Below, piece after piece: positions 37,319-46,645 of a stretch of 64,000 nucleotides of DNA; positions within the stretch are counted from its first letter, which is position 1, and each line of letters starts with the position of its first letter. Origin of the DNA: Patescibacteria group bacterium. GTDB lineage: Bacteria > Patescibacteriota > Patescibacteriia > UBA1558 > GWA2-36-10. The stretch covers positions 8,047 to 72,046 of the forward strand of contig JAQUKX010000002.1 of the NCBI GenBank assembly GCA_028718865.1, read 5' to 3'. A model generated the notes under the pieces. That model was not told where the DNA came from and searched no databases. It saw only the letters and a program-made list of their open reading frames with translations. A program made the position numbers and the translations under genes.

Positions 37319-38797
37319 ATGGAAAACAATATCAAACAAATCCTGGAGGATCTCTATGCCATAGACAAGGATATGAAAAAATACGAAAAAGAGTTAATTA
37401 AAATAATCAAAGCATTGATTGCTTCTCGGCCGGAAGCAAGCTATGACGAAAATTTTAGGCAAAAGTTACGCGCGGATCTGCTGCAAAAATTTTCTCAAAG
37501 GCAAGAAAGCGATAATAATTTTAATAAAAAATTTAACTTCAACTTTATGAAAAAAATAAATTATGTTTTCGGGGCAGTCTTATTGGCAGTATTGGTCATC
37601 ACCCCTCTGATGCTGCTGCAAAGACAATCGGAAAATATCCAATTGGATTTTTCTCCCCAAATCAGCCGCGTGGGCGCCAATGCTTTTGGCCAACTGGGAA
37701 TAACTCCTAGTGGCCGTGGCGCGGCTGAAGGAGGTGATGCCCTAATGTCCGACCGATCTGTAAGCAGCGAAACAAGCATTGAACCGACATTACCAGCAGC
37801 GCCTGATATCAAAGGTTATGGTGGCGGTGGCGGCACTGTTGATGGACAAATGATGATCTTGCCGCCTGAATATACCTATTATGAGTATAACTTCTTGGGC
37901 GAATTCCCCGAAATAAACTCTCAACTAGATGTCCTAAAAAGGACTAAAAACATTCAATCCGCCGGCTTAAACAGTGTGCTTAGCAAAGTCAATCTAGGAC
38001 TAGTCGATCTAGGATCTTTTTCCCGCAGTGAAGTCCGCAATTTCAGCCTAGTCCAAAATCAAAGATTCGGCTATGAAATATACATCAATCTGTACGACCA
38101 GAGTATTTCCATCAACCAAAACTGGCCGCAGTGGCAAGAGGCTTTCAATGAAAATTCTTACATGGGCATGCGCATAGATCAGGTGCCTGCCGATGATAGG
38201 ATTATTTCTCTAGCGAATAAGTTCCTAGCCGATTACAAAATTGACTTATCTATGTATGGATCTGGAGAAATAGAAGACAGTTGGCGAATACTATATGCCC
38301 GTGCGGAAAACAAATCCGATGTCTATATCCCGCCTTCCGCTTCAGTAGTTTATCCCCTGATAGTAAATGGCAAAACAGTCTATGATGAAAGCGGCAATAG
38401 CTATGGCATCCGTGTTTCAGTGGACTTCAATACCATGAGAGTAACCGGCGTCTGGGGCATAGAAGCCAATAAATACCAAAGTTCTTCCTATGCCATGGAA
38501 ACCGATCAGGTAATTTTGGAAAAATTCATCAGACAAGGCGGTCTATACCCAACTTACTATGACGCCCCGGGAGTAAGAAAAGAAACAATTGATTTGACAG
38601 AAATGCAAATAGCTTATGTCAAAATCTGGAGCTATAGCAACGGCGAAAACAACGAATTCCTAGTACCGGCTATAGTGTTGCCCATCCCCGAAGAAAGTCG
38701 TGACTCTTGGAAAAGAAATATAGTTATCCCCTTGTCCAAAGACGTTATCACCGAAAGGACTAGCTACCTTGATGAACCAGTGAGAATAATGCAATAA
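37319..38797 (+). CDS. single-pass membrane protein downstream of the ECF sigma (putative anti-sigma factor with extracytoplasmic domain)
   Basis: About 80-aa cytoplasmic N-terminus, one TM, large C-terminal domain. Starts 6 nt after the sigma gene. Confidence 0.5.
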   Translation: MENNIKQILEDLYAIDKDMKKYEKELIKIIKALIASRPEASYDENFRQKLRADLLQKFSQRQESDNNFNKKFNFNFMKKINYVFGAVLLAVLVITPLMLLQRQSENIQLDFSPQISRVGANAFGQLGITPSGRGAAEGGDALMSDRSVSSETSIEPTLPAAPDIKGYGGGGGTVDGQMMILPPEYTYYEYNFLGEFPEINSQLDVLKRTKNIQSAGLNSVLSKVNLGLVDLGSFSRSEVRNFSLVQNQRFGYEIYINLYDQSISINQNWPQWQEAFNENSYMGMRIDQVPADDRIISLANKFLADYKIDLSMYGSGEIEDSWRILYARAENKSDVYIPPSASVVYPLIVNGKTVYDESGNSYGIRVSVDFNTMRVTGVWGIEANKYQSSSYAMETDQVILEKFIRQGGLYPTYYDAPGVRKETIDLTEMQIAYVKIWSYSNGENNEFLVPAIVLPIPEESRDSWKRNIVIPLSKDVITERTSYLDEPVRIMQ

Positions 38798-38847
38798 AAA
38801 TTAAAACCTCGTCACTAACTCCGACGAGGTTTTAATTTTGGCAGAAA

Positions 38848-40350
38848 TCAATCACTGACACTATAGAAAGCCGACGGATTATTCTGATTATTATACTCGG
38901 TAGCTATCCAACTAGCATTTCTAATACTATTTGAAATTCTTACTTCGTCTATGATGCCCCCCATACGATTACTTGAGTTTGAATGGTTTCTATATCCAAC
39001 ACGAAAAGTGGCATCATTAGCGCTATGATAAGTTGTAGCTGAGCCAGTTCCGCTACCATTATTAAGCGTGCCGTTTATATAAACATTAATATCGCTAAGT
39101 GATGTTCCATCTAATGTACCGGTCAAATATGTCCAATTATCAACAGGGATAGTGTTTTGACTCACCCTGCCATAACGATTTGAGCTGCCATTACCGTTAC
39201 CATCACCAAAACCTATTTCCAATAAATTACCAGAGGTAATAGTCATCCAATATCCAGTATATAAGCTACCACTATGATTAGAAAAAATAACGGGATCTGT
39301 ATTACTTGCTTGATCTTTATAAACCCAAGCGGAAATGGTAACCGGAAAATCCAATTCCAAAACATCTCCAAAATCTACATAACTGGTAGAATTATTATAA
39401 TAATCAGCGCCATTTATTTTACTGACTACTGAACCTTGAGTAAGGACATTGACACCCTGAGAATGAATATTATTGCTACTAGAATCATAATGTTGGCCAC
39501 TAGTTTCAGCAAAATGCCAAACTGCTTGATAATTTTCGTCCCAAACAGTCGCAATATCCTCTTGGGAAGAGTTGATATCCGGATTGCCGTAGAACAGATA
39601 AATATCAGTATCGCTATTATAATATAAAGTCGGTATCTTTACCCAAATAGCGACTTGCCCTGTTGCCGGATTATAACTTTCAACCTCATGCGCCAATTTA
39701 TTTTTACCAGCCGCATCAGTAGTAAAAATAATATCATACCCATCTTCATTTAAGACCCAACCGCCATTGTCATAAGTAGCTAAATAATCATAAGTGCCGG
39801 CAAAAAGAAGAGGAAAATTATTCATATTTGACGAACCGCTTACCTGATTATTGTCGATAGTTATAGTCCGACGAAAATTATAATTATTGGCATAAGTAAT
39901 ATCTCCATAAATCTCACAATGCCCTGCCTCAAAAATACTTCCTCTTTTATATATATAATAACCAGTGGTGGTGCTACTGGCTGGATATATCGGATCAATA
40001 GGCAAAACACTCATGTAATTTGCTATGACATTGGCAATATCTACTTTTGCTATATACTTGGCTAATGTAGGACAATAAATCGTTCCGGCTGTGGACTCTC
40101 CGGCTAAAACCAGCATATACTCTTGACTTTCATTCAAGCTTTGTAATGTTGCTGGTATTTGACCCGCTGAAGCTATAGTGTAGTCTACTGCTCTTTTTAA
40201 ATTTGAAGCCTCGGAAGATCTAATCGCATTATTAGCCTCGCCTATCCTCCTACCCGGATTGATAATAACAAAAATAGCTGCTGCTATAAGAGCTGTAATA
40301 GCAACAACCAAAATTAATTCTATCAAAGTAAAGGCTAATTGATTTCTCAT
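38848..40350 (-). CDS. type IV pilin-like protein with large C-terminal LamG/concanavalin-like domain
   Basis: Prepilin leader and hydrophobic N-terminal helix (AFTLIELILVVAI). 500 aa with LamG-like jelly-roll region. Confidence 0.7.
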   Translation of the reverse strand: MRNQLAFTLIELILVVAITALIAAAIFVIINPGRRIGEANNAIRSSEASNLKRAVDYTIASAGQIPATLQSLNESQEYMLVLAGESTAGTIYCPTLAKYIAKVDIANVIANYMSVLPIDPIYPASSTTTGYYIYKRGSIFEAGHCEIYGDITYANNYNFRRTITIDNNQVSGSSNMNNFPLLFAGTYDYLATYDNGGWVLNEDGYDIIFTTDAAGKNKLAHEVESYNPATGQVAIWVKIPTLYYNSDTDIYLFYGNPDINSSQEDIATVWDENYQAVWHFAETSGQHYDSSSNNIHSQGVNVLTQGSVVSKINGADYYNNSTSYVDFGDVLELDFPVTISAWVYKDQASNTDPVIFSNHSGSLYTGYWMTITSGNLLEIGFGDGNGNGSSNRYGRVSQNTIPVDNWTYLTGTLDGTSLSDINVYINGTLNNGSGTGSATTYHSANDATFRVGYRNHSNSSNRMGGIIDEVRISNSIRNASWIATEYNNQNNPSAFYSVSD

Positions 40351-40365
40351 CTTAAAATAAGTAAA

Positions 40366-40878
40366 CTATATCCTTTTTATTCCTTTCAAAAAAATATACG
40401 CCAAGATTCCGCCAGTCAAAGCAGTAATTAACTGTGGCCAGCTAAACATAGCTGAAACTGTCATTGCTAACTGTCCACTCAACAAAGAAGAAACTATCAA
40501 GCTGCTGCTAGCCCACAAAAACAAAAACTTGGCTAAACTGGCTACAACGATTCCTAGCCAAAAATTTTTCAACCGCAGATAATCAAAGGTCGTCACCAAA
40601 ATAAAATTACCCACCATAACAAAAGGAATCATCGGTGCCAGTGGTAAAGGCAAAAGTCCAACTGATAAAGCAAAAACGCTAGGGAAAAAAGCTACTACTA
40701 CTGCCCCCTGCACTCCCAAAATCACTGTAGCAATAAAAAGCAAAGCATTGACTATTGGGCCAGTAATTTGCTGGGACAAAAAGAAAGGAGCTGATCCGGC
40801 CAAAGCTAATATTGTTATTAACTGAACCAAGGGTATGGCTTGAGCTTTGGCTAAAGTTCTGATTTTGAGCTGGGTCAT
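40366..40878 (-). CDS. small polytopic membrane protein (ECF-S-component-like)
   Basis: 5-6 TM, 170 aa. Confidence 0.55.
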   Translation of the reverse strand: MTQLKIRTLAKAQAIPLVQLITILALAGSAPFFLSQQITGPIVNALLFIATVILGVQGAVVVAFFPSVFALSVGLLPLPLAPMIPFVMVGNFILVTTFDYLRLKNFWLGIVVASLAKFLFLWASSSLIVSSLLSGQLAMTVSAMFSWPQLITALTGGILAYIFLKGIKRI

Positions 40879-40939
40879 AAAAAAATATTTAGATTAATTT
40901 ATCCGCGTTAAATCCGGCCTAACGGAAACGACGAAGTTG

Positions 40940-42670
40940 CTATTTAAGAGGATAAACCTCTTTTTTCTTTTTCCTAAAATAAGTATGGCAAACTCTATGA
41001 ATATTTTTCTCTTGATTGAGAAATTCTTTGTAAATGGTCTTGACTACAGGATTTTGTTGAGCGCTTCTGATTTTGTGTTTTTTATCTATATTATACAAAC
41101 CTTGAGATCTTTTTTTTCTAATCTCATCATCAACCGGCACTGGTTGACCGCCACCACCTATACATCCTCCAAAGCAAGCCATTACTTCCACATAATCATA
41201 AGCTTGGGGATTTTTTTTGAGCTCAGCCAAAACTTTTTTGGCATTGACAATAGCATTGACTACAGCGACTCTGATAATTTTCTTACCGATTTTTATATTA
41301 GCTTTTTTAAATCCTTCTATGCCTCTAACTTTTTCAAATTCTACTTTGCCTAAATTTTTTCCAGTCAATTCATGATAAGCTGTGCGCAAAGCTGATTCCA
41401 TTACTCCACCCGAGGCGCCATAAATTACTCCCGCGCCAGTAGGCACTCCCAAAGTGGAGACCGCTTTGCTCTCTTTTATTTTTTTCAAATCGATTTTTTT
41501 GCTTCTCAGTAAAAAAGCTAATTCTCTGGTGGTCAAAACTTGATCTACTGGCCTAATTCCTTTGACTTTAAATTCCTGCCGAGCTATTTCATATTTTTTG
41601 GCTACGCAAGGCATAATAGAAACTACTATAACATCTTTGGGATTTAAGCCCTGCTTTTTTGCCCAATAATACTTGATCAATCCACCCATGATAATTTCTG
41701 GAGAACGGACAGTGGTCAAATAAGGCATTAATTCTGGCTGATAAAACTCTACGTATTTGACCCAAGCCGGACAACAAGAGGTAAACATGGGCAAGGGCTT
41801 GTTATTTTTTATTCTGTCAACCAATTCTCTAGCCTCTTCTATAGTAGTAACATCAGCCCCCAAGCTAACATCAAAGACATGCTTTACCCCCAATTTTTTA
41901 ATGGCCGCTATCAACTGTCCAGTCACCACAGTGCCTGGCTCTAAGCCAAATTCCTCGCCTATAGTGCTCCTAATAGAAGGAGCAAATTGAAAAACCACAG
42001 TTTTTTTCTTATCCAAAGTCCAGTTTTTGACGCTTTCAAATTCTCCTATTCCTTCAAAAGCTCCAACCGGACAATGGGTCAAACACTGGCCGCAATAAAT
42101 ACAATCTTTGTCTTTTTTGACTGATGGTACTACCTCATAAAAATTTTTCTTCTTTTTTAGCTCCAAAAAATCTACTCCCACCTTATGACAGGCTTCTACG
42201 CAAAGCCCGCAATCAATGCATTTGGAAGTATCAAATTCCAAAGCATTAGAAAAATAATGAGTAGGAAAGCCTTTTTTTCTATCAGGAAATTTAGCAATGT
42301 TCACTTTATATTTTTTGGCAAAATCCCTGACATTGCAATTCTGATTGTACAAACAATCACCGCACTCCAAACAATGCTGAGAAAAAATCAGTTCCAAATT
42401 TACTTGCTTGGCTTTGTTAATAGCCGGTGAAGAAGTGATAATCTTCATTCCTTCTTCAATAAGAGTGGAACAAGAGGTAAAAAGTCCTGAGCGACCCACG
42501 ATTTCTACCAGACAAAGTCGACAGCTCCCTTGAATTTTCAAATCAGGATGATAGCATAGGGCGCTGATTTTTATTTCATTTTTTCTAGCCAAAGACAAAA
42601 TAGTCTGACCTGCTTGACCCCTATATTTTTTGCCGTCAATAATAACTGAGATTTTATTTTTTTCTTTCAT
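40940..42670 (-). CDS. hydA: [FeFe]-hydrogenase catalytic subunit
   Basis: N-terminal 2Fe-2S and 4Fe-4S ferredoxin modules. H-cluster motifs TSCCPAW, MPCVAKKYE, ACFGGCIGGGGQP. Confidence 0.85.
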   Translation of the reverse strand: MKEKNKISVIIDGKKYRGQAGQTILSLARKNEIKISALCYHPDLKIQGSCRLCLVEIVGRSGLFTSCSTLIEEGMKIITSSPAINKAKQVNLELIFSQHCLECGDCLYNQNCNVRDFAKKYKVNIAKFPDRKKGFPTHYFSNALEFDTSKCIDCGLCVEACHKVGVDFLELKKKKNFYEVVPSVKKDKDCIYCGQCLTHCPVGAFEGIGEFESVKNWTLDKKKTVVFQFAPSIRSTIGEEFGLEPGTVVTGQLIAAIKKLGVKHVFDVSLGADVTTIEEARELVDRIKNNKPLPMFTSCCPAWVKYVEFYQPELMPYLTTVRSPEIIMGGLIKYYWAKKQGLNPKDVIVVSIMPCVAKKYEIARQEFKVKGIRPVDQVLTTRELAFLLRSKKIDLKKIKESKAVSTLGVPTGAGVIYGASGGVMESALRTAYHELTGKNLGKVEFEKVRGIEGFKKANIKIGKKIIRVAVVNAIVNAKKVLAELKKNPQAYDYVEVMACFGGCIGGGGQPVPVDDEIRKKRSQGLYNIDKKHKIRSAQQNPVVKTIYKEFLNQEKNIHRVCHTYFRKKKKEVYPLK

Positions 42671-42678
42671 CTTAAAAA

Positions 42679-43659
42679 TTAAAGCAATTTTTTTATAGCT
42701 GATCTAAAAGGCAAAACCACCATTTTACCCAAAGCGCAAAAGCTGGTATTTTCTAAAACAAAAAATAAATCTTCCAAAGATTTTTTGTCTATTTTTTGAT
42801 CTCTAATCATTTCTCGCAGACGATAAGTTCCCTCTCGGCAAGGTGTGCACTTATCACAATTTTCTTTCATAAAAAAATTTATCCAGCCCAGCATCAGAGT
42901 CCAAGGATCGGTTTTTTCTTTGTCATAGATCACTATAGAGCCACTACCGGTGGCCTTTCTTTTTATTTCTTTGGGCAAAATAATTTCACCGCTAGCTCCC
43001 CCGCCTACTTGTAAAAAATAATCAAAAGTCGGAAAATTCCCCGTGCTTTTGAGGATTTTTTCCAAAGAATAATCAAGGGGCAGTTCAAACACGCCCTTAT
43101 GCAATGCTTTTCCCAAAATCGTATAAAAACGAGTTTTTTTATACTGGCCTTTAGCAATTTGGGCAACATGATAAAAAGTTTCTATATTATTTATCAAAGT
43201 TGGCCGGCCATGGATGCCTACTTGCACTGGATAAGGCGGTTTGATTCTGGGACGCTGAATTTTATTTTCTATTTCCTGACAAAGAGTAGTTTCCTCACCA
43301 GAAAGATAACCCCCTTTTTCCCGAAAAACAGTGATTGGCAAATTGCCGATTATTTTTTCCAAATGCTTTTTATATTTTTTATAATAATCCTTACGTAGAT
43401 AAATAAAAGCTTGGCTATTTTTTGGTGATAATTCTAAAGCTAACTTTAAACCAGCTATTAAATCGGCCGGATAATTTTTTACAATATAGCTATCTTTTAA
43501 AGTGGCCGGCTCGCCTTCTGAGCCATTGGCTACAATATATTTTTTATCCGAATTAGCATCCAAAAAAGCCTGCCATTTGAGATAAGTAGGAAAATCCGCT
43601 CCACCGCGACCCTTTAAGCCGCTGGTTTTTAATTTGGCAATAATATTTTTATTTTTCAT
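42679..43659 (-). CDS. NuoF/HndC-like flavoprotein subunit (hydrogenase diaphorase partner, short form)
   Basis: GLKGRGGADFPT NADH/FMN site motif. C-terminal Cys cluster. Confidence 0.75.
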   Translation of the reverse strand: MKNKNIIAKLKTSGLKGRGGADFPTYLKWQAFLDANSDKKYIVANGSEGEPATLKDSYIVKNYPADLIAGLKLALELSPKNSQAFIYLRKDYYKKYKKHLEKIIGNLPITVFREKGGYLSGEETTLCQEIENKIQRPRIKPPYPVQVGIHGRPTLINNIETFYHVAQIAKGQYKKTRFYTILGKALHKGVFELPLDYSLEKILKSTGNFPTFDYFLQVGGGASGEIILPKEIKRKATGSGSIVIYDKEKTDPWTLMLGWINFFMKENCDKCTPCREGTYRLREMIRDQKIDKKSLEDLFFVLENTSFCALGKMVVLPFRSAIKKLL

Positions 43660-43764
43660 TTTCAGTTTTTATTATACAATATTTTCTATTTTTTTCCTAA
43701 CTTAAAAGCAACCCGACGGGTTGATTTATAAAATAGTTAAATAACCAAAAACCAACCCGACGAG

Positions 43765-45525
43765 TTAAGCAATAAATCCGCCGACTTGTTTTTCCCAAAG
43801 CTTTTTATACAAACCGCCTTTTTTGTTTATTAATTCCTGATGATTACCCTGTTCAACTATCTGGCCACTGTCTAAAACTACAATCCTATCCATTTTCATA
43901 ATAGTGGAAAGTCGATGAGCAATTACAATCACCGTTTTATTTTTCATTAAATTGGCGAGCGCATCTTGAATCAGACCCTCAGATTCAGAGTCTAGACTAG
44001 AAGTAGCTTCATCTAAAACCAAAATCGGCGCATTTTTGAGAATTGCTCTAGCAATGGCTACCCGCTGTCTTTCACCGCCAGAAAGCTTCACTCCCCGCTC
44101 ACCCACATAGGTATTATAAAGATCCGAAAATTCTAAAATAAAATCATGAGCATTCGCCAACTTAGCTGCTTTTATCACTTCTTCATCTGTTGCTTCTGGT
44201 CGTCCGTATTTGATATTTTCCTTTAAAGTACGGTGAAATAAAATAGGATCCTGATTAACCAAAGCAATGTTGGCCCAAAGACTTTCTTGCTTGACTTTAT
44301 TTATAGGCTGACCATCAAGTAATATTTTTCCTTTAGTTAAATCATAATTTCTTAAAAGTAAATTAACCAAAGTGGATTTACCAGAACCAGAAGCACCTAC
44401 TATCGCTACTTTTTCCTTTGGCAAAACTCTTAAATTAAAATCCTTAATGACCATCCTAGTTTTATTGTAGCTAAAATCTACTCCTTTAAACTCTATTTCT
44501 CCCTTACTTATTTGGAGCTCTTTGGCTTTTTTGCTATCAACTATTTCATGAGCAGTAGTCAAAACTTCAGTCATTTCATTGGCATCGGCCATATATTCAT
44601 AATAACGGCGAATAATACGACCAAAATGCCACATTCGCATAAAGACGTTTATGACATAAACCTGGATAAGGACAAAATCGCCCAAAGTAATAACTCCTTT
44701 TTGCCACAAAGATATAGCCAGATAAAAAATACCCACTTCCAAAAATACCGTCAGAAAACCCTGAACAGCTTCAAAAATATTATCCAGCTTCCAGGTAAAA
44801 AGTCGCAATTTTTGCAAATTAGAATTAACGCCACCAAAATATTTTATTTCCCGCTGATAGCCATTGAATAATTTTACATTAAGCTGGTTGCTGATAGTGT
44901 CAGCCAAGACGCCGGTCAAGCGGGAATTGGCTTCTGCTCTCTTCAAGTCAAACTTGAGCTTGTATATACTAAAAGCATAAGTAATAGCAATGTATAAAAT
45001 CAGCCAAGCCAAAATGCCCAAGCCCAAAAATAAATCCCGCTGACTCAAAATAATAATAATCAAAGAAATATTGACCAATAGGGGAATTACATCCCAAATA
45101 AGCAGATCACTAATACCGACAAAAGAATGAGTAAAACGATTGACTCTCTTGACTAAAGTGCCGACAAAACTATTGTTGAAAAAAGAAATAGAGTGCTTGT
45201 GCAAATAAGCAAAACACTGATCATAAATATCTTTGACGGCCATAGACTGAAAATAAGCTGCGGCAAAAGTAGCTAGCCGCCAAAAAAGCCAGCTAATAAG
45301 ATAAACAATGAGGATTTTCAACAAAATAAATTTGAGCTGGCTAGCGGGGTCGTCTATGGTCTGCCAATCAGCTAAAACATTGAAAAAGTCCCGATAAAAC
45401 AAAGGGGTAATAATGTTTCCCAAAGGAGCGATTATTACTGAAAATAAAACTAAAAAAACCGAGCGCTTGTATTTTTTGAGGCTCTGATAATAAATCTTAA
45501 ATGTTTCTTTACTGTAATTGGTCAT
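43765..45525 (-). CDS. ABC exporter, fused permease-ATPase (MsbA-like)
   Basis: 6 TM plus NBD (GASGSGKST, LSGGERQRVAIAR). Start placed at the internal ATG (MTNYSK); the longer track start lies inside the tandem repeat. Confidence 0.8.
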   Translation of the reverse strand: MTNYSKETFKIYYQSLKKYKRSVFLVLFSVIIAPLGNIITPLFYRDFFNVLADWQTIDDPASQLKFILLKILIVYLISWLFWRLATFAAAYFQSMAVKDIYDQCFAYLHKHSISFFNNSFVGTLVKRVNRFTHSFVGISDLLIWDVIPLLVNISLIIIILSQRDLFLGLGILAWLILYIAITYAFSIYKLKFDLKRAEANSRLTGVLADTISNQLNVKLFNGYQREIKYFGGVNSNLQKLRLFTWKLDNIFEAVQGFLTVFLEVGIFYLAISLWQKGVITLGDFVLIQVYVINVFMRMWHFGRIIRRYYEYMADANEMTEVLTTAHEIVDSKKAKELQISKGEIEFKGVDFSYNKTRMVIKDFNLRVLPKEKVAIVGASGSGKSTLVNLLLRNYDLTKGKILLDGQPINKVKQESLWANIALVNQDPILFHRTLKENIKYGRPEATDEEVIKAAKLANAHDFILEFSDLYNTYVGERGVKLSGGERQRVAIARAILKNAPILVLDEATSSLDSESEGLIQDALANLMKNKTVIVIAHRLSTIMKMDRIVVLDSGQIVEQGNHQELINKKGGLYKKLWEKQVGGFIA

Positions 45526-45559
45526 AAAGATAGCGCTATTATAGCATAAAAAAAGATAA

Positions 45560-45680
45560 TTGGCTCTGCCATGAACCATGACGGTTTATGGCTCTGCTAT
45601 AAACCATGGCGGTTTATGGCTCTGCTATAAACCATGGCGGTTTATGGCTCTGCTATAAACCATGGCGGTTTATGGCTCCG
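45560..45680. repeat. 28-bp tandem direct repeat, about 4.2 copies (ggctctgctataaaccatggcggtttat)
   Basis: Three identical copies plus one degenerate and one partial copy, at the core/island junction. Confidence 0.7.
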
Positions 45681-45737
45681 AGCTGTGCGAGAACTTAGAA
45701 CCGTTATTTTAAGCGGCTATAAGTCCTACGAAATGGA

Positions 45738-45790
45738 AGCGGCCGTCAAAATGCTCCGCCGGGAGTCGCCGTTCGATTGGATTGAGTAAA
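45738..45790 (+). repeat. copy C of a partially conserved ORF remnant (.. AAVKMLRRESPFDWIE*)
   Basis: Shares gcggccgtcaaaatgct with copies A and B. Reading frame runs in from the tandem repeats. Confidence 0.5.
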
Positions 45791-45798
45791 TTTCGATG

Positions 45799-46335
45799 TT
45801 ATTTCTTGCCTAATAAATATTTCACAAAAGTAGCGATGCCAACAAGCAAAAAGATGACTACTAAAACATAAATCGCAATCATCCAGCCGCCCCTGTAGCT
45901 AAAACCATACATCATATTACTTCCCCAGCCTGAACCCATCATGCCATTACCATATAGGCCAAACTGATTATTTTGATTACTGCCCCAATTCATCATTCTT
46001 GGCCCGTAATTGCCAGTCATCATTCCCATCATACCCATGCCGATAGCGTCTCCGCAATACCAGCGTCTGGCCATTAAAATATGCGCCTGCCTCAAACTCT
46101 CTGAACCTTCTCCGCCCATCATTTGATCCATTGCTTCATGACCCTGATCTGGTGCCATAAGTTCTATGTAGTAATCGCCAATTTTTTCCAACTGACCGTC
46201 GCTCAGCTGGGAACATTCTGTTTTTTGCTCAATCAAGCTTTGAGCTTCTTCATGGTCTGAAACGTTTGCGGCCAAAACCGGCAAAGATACAATCAGCGAA
46301 AAAAAAGCTAAGCTCAGAATAATTTTTTTCATCAT
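45799..46335 (-). CDS. secreted Met-rich protein with C-terminal TM (putative copper-binding)
   Basis: Signal peptide. MGMGMMGMMTGNYGPRMMNWG Met-rich motifs. Downstream of copB. Confidence 0.6.
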   Translation of the reverse strand: MMKKIILSLAFFSLIVSLPVLAANVSDHEEAQSLIEQKTECSQLSDGQLEKIGDYYIELMAPDQGHEAMDQMMGGEGSESLRQAHILMARRWYCGDAIGMGMMGMMTGNYGPRMMNWGSNQNNQFGLYGNGMMGSGWGSNMMYGFSYRGGWMIAIYVLVVIFLLVGIATFVKYLLGKK

Positions 46336-46357
46336 AAATTTATAGATTAATTGTTAA

Positions 46358-46618
46358 TTATTTTTTAATACTAATTTTAGAAACCGCCTGCCAAAGACCG
46401 ACAAAAATGTATCCCCAGACATAAGACTGGATAGCGCCTAATATGAATCCGCCTAAATTCATTCCCGAAAAACCCAAAAACGTCAGCCTGAATAATTGCT
46501 CGTGCAGTTCTCTTTCGGTTGATCTTAAATAAAACCATAAGAAGCAAAGGATAAATAAAACGACAAAGAATAAACCCAGACGATTGGCTTGTTGTAGATA
46601 ATTTGTTTTGTTTTCCAT
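46358..46618 (-). CDS. small membrane protein (86 aa)
   Basis: 2 TM; between copB and the Met-rich protein. Confidence 0.5.
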   Translation of the reverse strand: MENKTNYLQQANRLGLFFVVLFILCFLWFYLRSTERELHEQLFRLTFLGFSGMNLGGFILGAIQSYVWGYIFVGLWQAVSKISIKK

Positions 46619-46645
46619 AAATTTTGATGGTTAAATATTAGTTAA

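Noticed and set aside
40879-40940. preQ1-type riboswitch upstream of the small membrane protein.
   Set aside because: The conserved preQ1-I loop and A-rich tail (AAAAAACUA) are absent. The hairpin there is better explained as the hydA terminator.
43765-45579. Extended N-terminus (MVHGRANYLF...) of the ABC exporter.
   Set aside because: Those 18 codons are translated from the 28-bp tandem repeat. The internal ATG (MTNYSK) is the plausible start.
45560-45680. CRISPR array.
   Set aside because: The units are strictly tandem with no spacers and there are no cas genes. It is a minisatellite-type repeat.
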